From assembly GCA_965235115.1 (NCBI GenBank), contig OZ249436.1, forward strand, positions 36,210,001-36,274,000: 64,000 bases of DNA. The letters are read 5' to 3'. The translations under genes and the position numbers were made by a program. Below are positions 61,518 to 64,000 of the stretch, in pieces (within the stretch, counting starts at the first letter, position 1; each line of letters opens with the position of its first letter). The DNA is from Laetmonice hystrix (taxonomy: Eukaryota). Under the pieces are notes generated by a model, which did no database searches, had not been told where the DNA came from, and saw only the letters and a program-made list of their open reading frames with translations.

Positions 61518-64000
61518 GCAAAGGTTTTGACTCTGAGAGACTATATAAATTTCCACTCAAGCTGTTTTTTTTTCTGGTACAAAAAAAAGAAGTTTTATAA
61601 TAATAATGGCGACTAAGTACAATGTACAAGCCTACTACAAGGAAATTATTTATCAATGAGATCTTCATTTTGCCTTGTTGCAGTTTAAGGAAATTGCAGT
61701 TCTTTAAAATAACATACCATACCCCCTCAAAAATGAAAGACTTGAAGTACGTGTATATAATTAGTTAGTATCTGTGGAGGACGGGCTGAAGGCATGGCAT
61801 TGCCAAATCTAAATGTGTGTACAGTGTGTGTGACCCAATATCTGTCTGTGTCACTTTAACAACCTCTATGTCCTTTGTAGATGGGCCAAACTTTGATTGT
61901 TGTTTGTGATGGCTGATAGCAGTGACCCGAGCAATCTGGCTGAATTGACTTAGTCAGCAGCGATCCCTCTAAATATTATCTGGCACTCTCTTTCATCATT
62001 GGCAATTATATAAACAAAGGCTCAGCAGGCCAAGTGCCAGAGACCGTGGGAATGTTATGTATAAAAGCAGGGCAATAGACTGGTGTTATCGTGCCCCAAA
62101 TACCCCAGACTGTAATAATACACAACTAGATAGGATGTGGCGATGGCCACATTATGAATCCCATCCCCCTGGGGCGTTCCCGTTCTACTAATTTTCAACA
62201 TGAAACATGGCTCCGTCTTGCACCTATCACAAGTTATAATCCTTGCCTTAATAGATGCCAATAATGTCATTATGATGTCAGACAGTACGCTGCTGTACAT
62301 CATGAATCTTGGCGTCAAATGAAAGCAGGGTTCCCTGCTTTTTGTGAACATCCAATTCCCTAAGTGTTTTCCTGAGAATTCCCTGAGAAATTTCCAAAAT
62401 TCCATGTGATATATATTTGTGTTTTATAGGTAGCATAACCGATTATAACGGTCCGGAGAGGTGCATTCTTCACACTCTATCAACATTACAAAGCCACGAT
62501 ATAAATAAGTCATTTTTTCAGGGATTCCAATACCGTCATAATATGATCATTATGGTCTCCGGTCGATCTGGCCCATGACCGATATGGCCTGGTTGATATG
62601 GCCCAGGTAGTTGGTCAATATGGCCCACCCCCGGTCAATATGGTACACTAGCTAGCTTTTCACGGTAATGCCATCATGAGTTGCTAGTCTGGGAATATTT
62701 CCCTTTGAGGCTGAAGGTGGAGATGTCAGCACCTGTACCTGAGTGTGAGAAAGCTTTTGACGGCACGCTGCATAAATAATATTGGTATCAATTGAAAGAG
62801 CATAATCTTTCCATTCATGTTTAATAGTAACTATGAGAGTATCTCGCACCGTTTAGCAGTTTTACTTACAGGCCTCTGAAAATCGTTATAGTACTCCACA
62901 ACATATCTAGTGCAACTCTCCTCCTATGTAAGATTCAAAAACATCTATGTATTAGACAGTTATACCTACAGTTCAGAACCACAGTTAATTCAGTTATGTC
63001 TGTTCTGAATACACATAGGCCTAATCCTCCAACCCTGCCCTGATTGGGAGGAAAGGGGGAGTATAGTGACTCACGACCCACCGGCCCAAACTGTGAAATC
63101 TATCCACATCAATCTGCTGGCTCACTAAACCAAGGACAGCTGGCCAAGAGTTGTTTTGTAACTTTAAGAAGACAGCCTTCATGAGAGTTTTGTTTTATTG
63201 CTTTCCTCCAATATAAGATTAAAAAAATATGAATTAGACAGTTACACATACAGCTCTAAAGCACAGCTAATTCAGTTGGGGCTGTTCTGGACATACAGAT
63301 TCCTCCAACCCCACCCTGACTGGGACGACCGGGTAGTCGACACCAGCCGGCCTTATCAGCAGCAATTACATAACTCTCAGCCCCGGCCAGCGCCGGGCGG
63401 CACCAGCTCACACTGCGGGCGGTCTGTGTATACAGAGACTGCAACCATCCTAGTGCCAAACATAATAATTTGTGAAGACTATACCCATGAAAACTTATGA
63501 TTTTGGCTATATTGCCTTTCGAGAAAAAGAATTAAACAATCAGTGGTATACCTGACTCTATGCACTTTATAACAGACGTACTTGCATATGGTCAATACCT
63601 TTCAAGATACAGCCCGTAGAAGTTCGGTTACATAAATCAGAAAGATGACGTCATAGATGACATCACAAGTCTCGTGATACAAAAATTATGGTACGTAATT
63701 AAAGAGGACATAAACCTTTATAAAGTTAATGAACAATTAAGGCTCTGTCTTAAATCTTTCAAAAGTTACAGCAAGGACCTTTCAAAATGACCGAAGTTCA
63801 AAATTTCAAGGTCACGTGGTTCAGTGAAAATAGGTCAAATTGCTAAACCCGATGTACCAGTTTTTGGAGCTTTCAGTGGAAAATGTTTCTACCAGATATT
63901 GTCAAATTTCACCAAAAAATGGGGAAGAAGACTCGATTTAACCGATTTGTGACCTCAGACCCAGTTCTCTCTAAGCTTAAAGGTCAAAGGTCAAATCAAG

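Overview
Intron-rich eukaryotic DNA from a bilaterian invertebrate; the taxon cannot be fixed from the sequence alone. It carries three protein-coding genes, all on the + strand. (1) A 4-5-exon rhodopsin-class neuropeptide GPCR (19312-39688). (2) An SLC46/PCFT-like MFS transporter (49437-~53235, with a probable 5' UTR exon near 46.2-46.4 kb). (3) The 5' end (TMD0 exons) of an ABCC1/MRP-like transporter (from 56431), which continues beyond the window. The rest is dense with non-autonomous DNA transposons (Kolobok-like TTAA elements, Harbinger-like, Tc1/mariner, hAT-like, CACTA-like, one MULE-like) and minisatellites. Three observations stand out. (a) TAGGCCTA occurs at least 32 times against about 1 expected; three paralog comparisons show it arose as a GGCC+TA micro-insertion at TA, and it clusters at the putative promoters. 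(b) An extra ABCC exon has its 3' end and splice donor tandemly repeated in 78-bp in-frame units, forming a ladder of alternative donors. (c) A MULE-like element has its terminal palindrome amplified into a 50-bp minisatellite. No rRNA, tRNA or CRISPR array was found. All coordinates and counts were read by eye.
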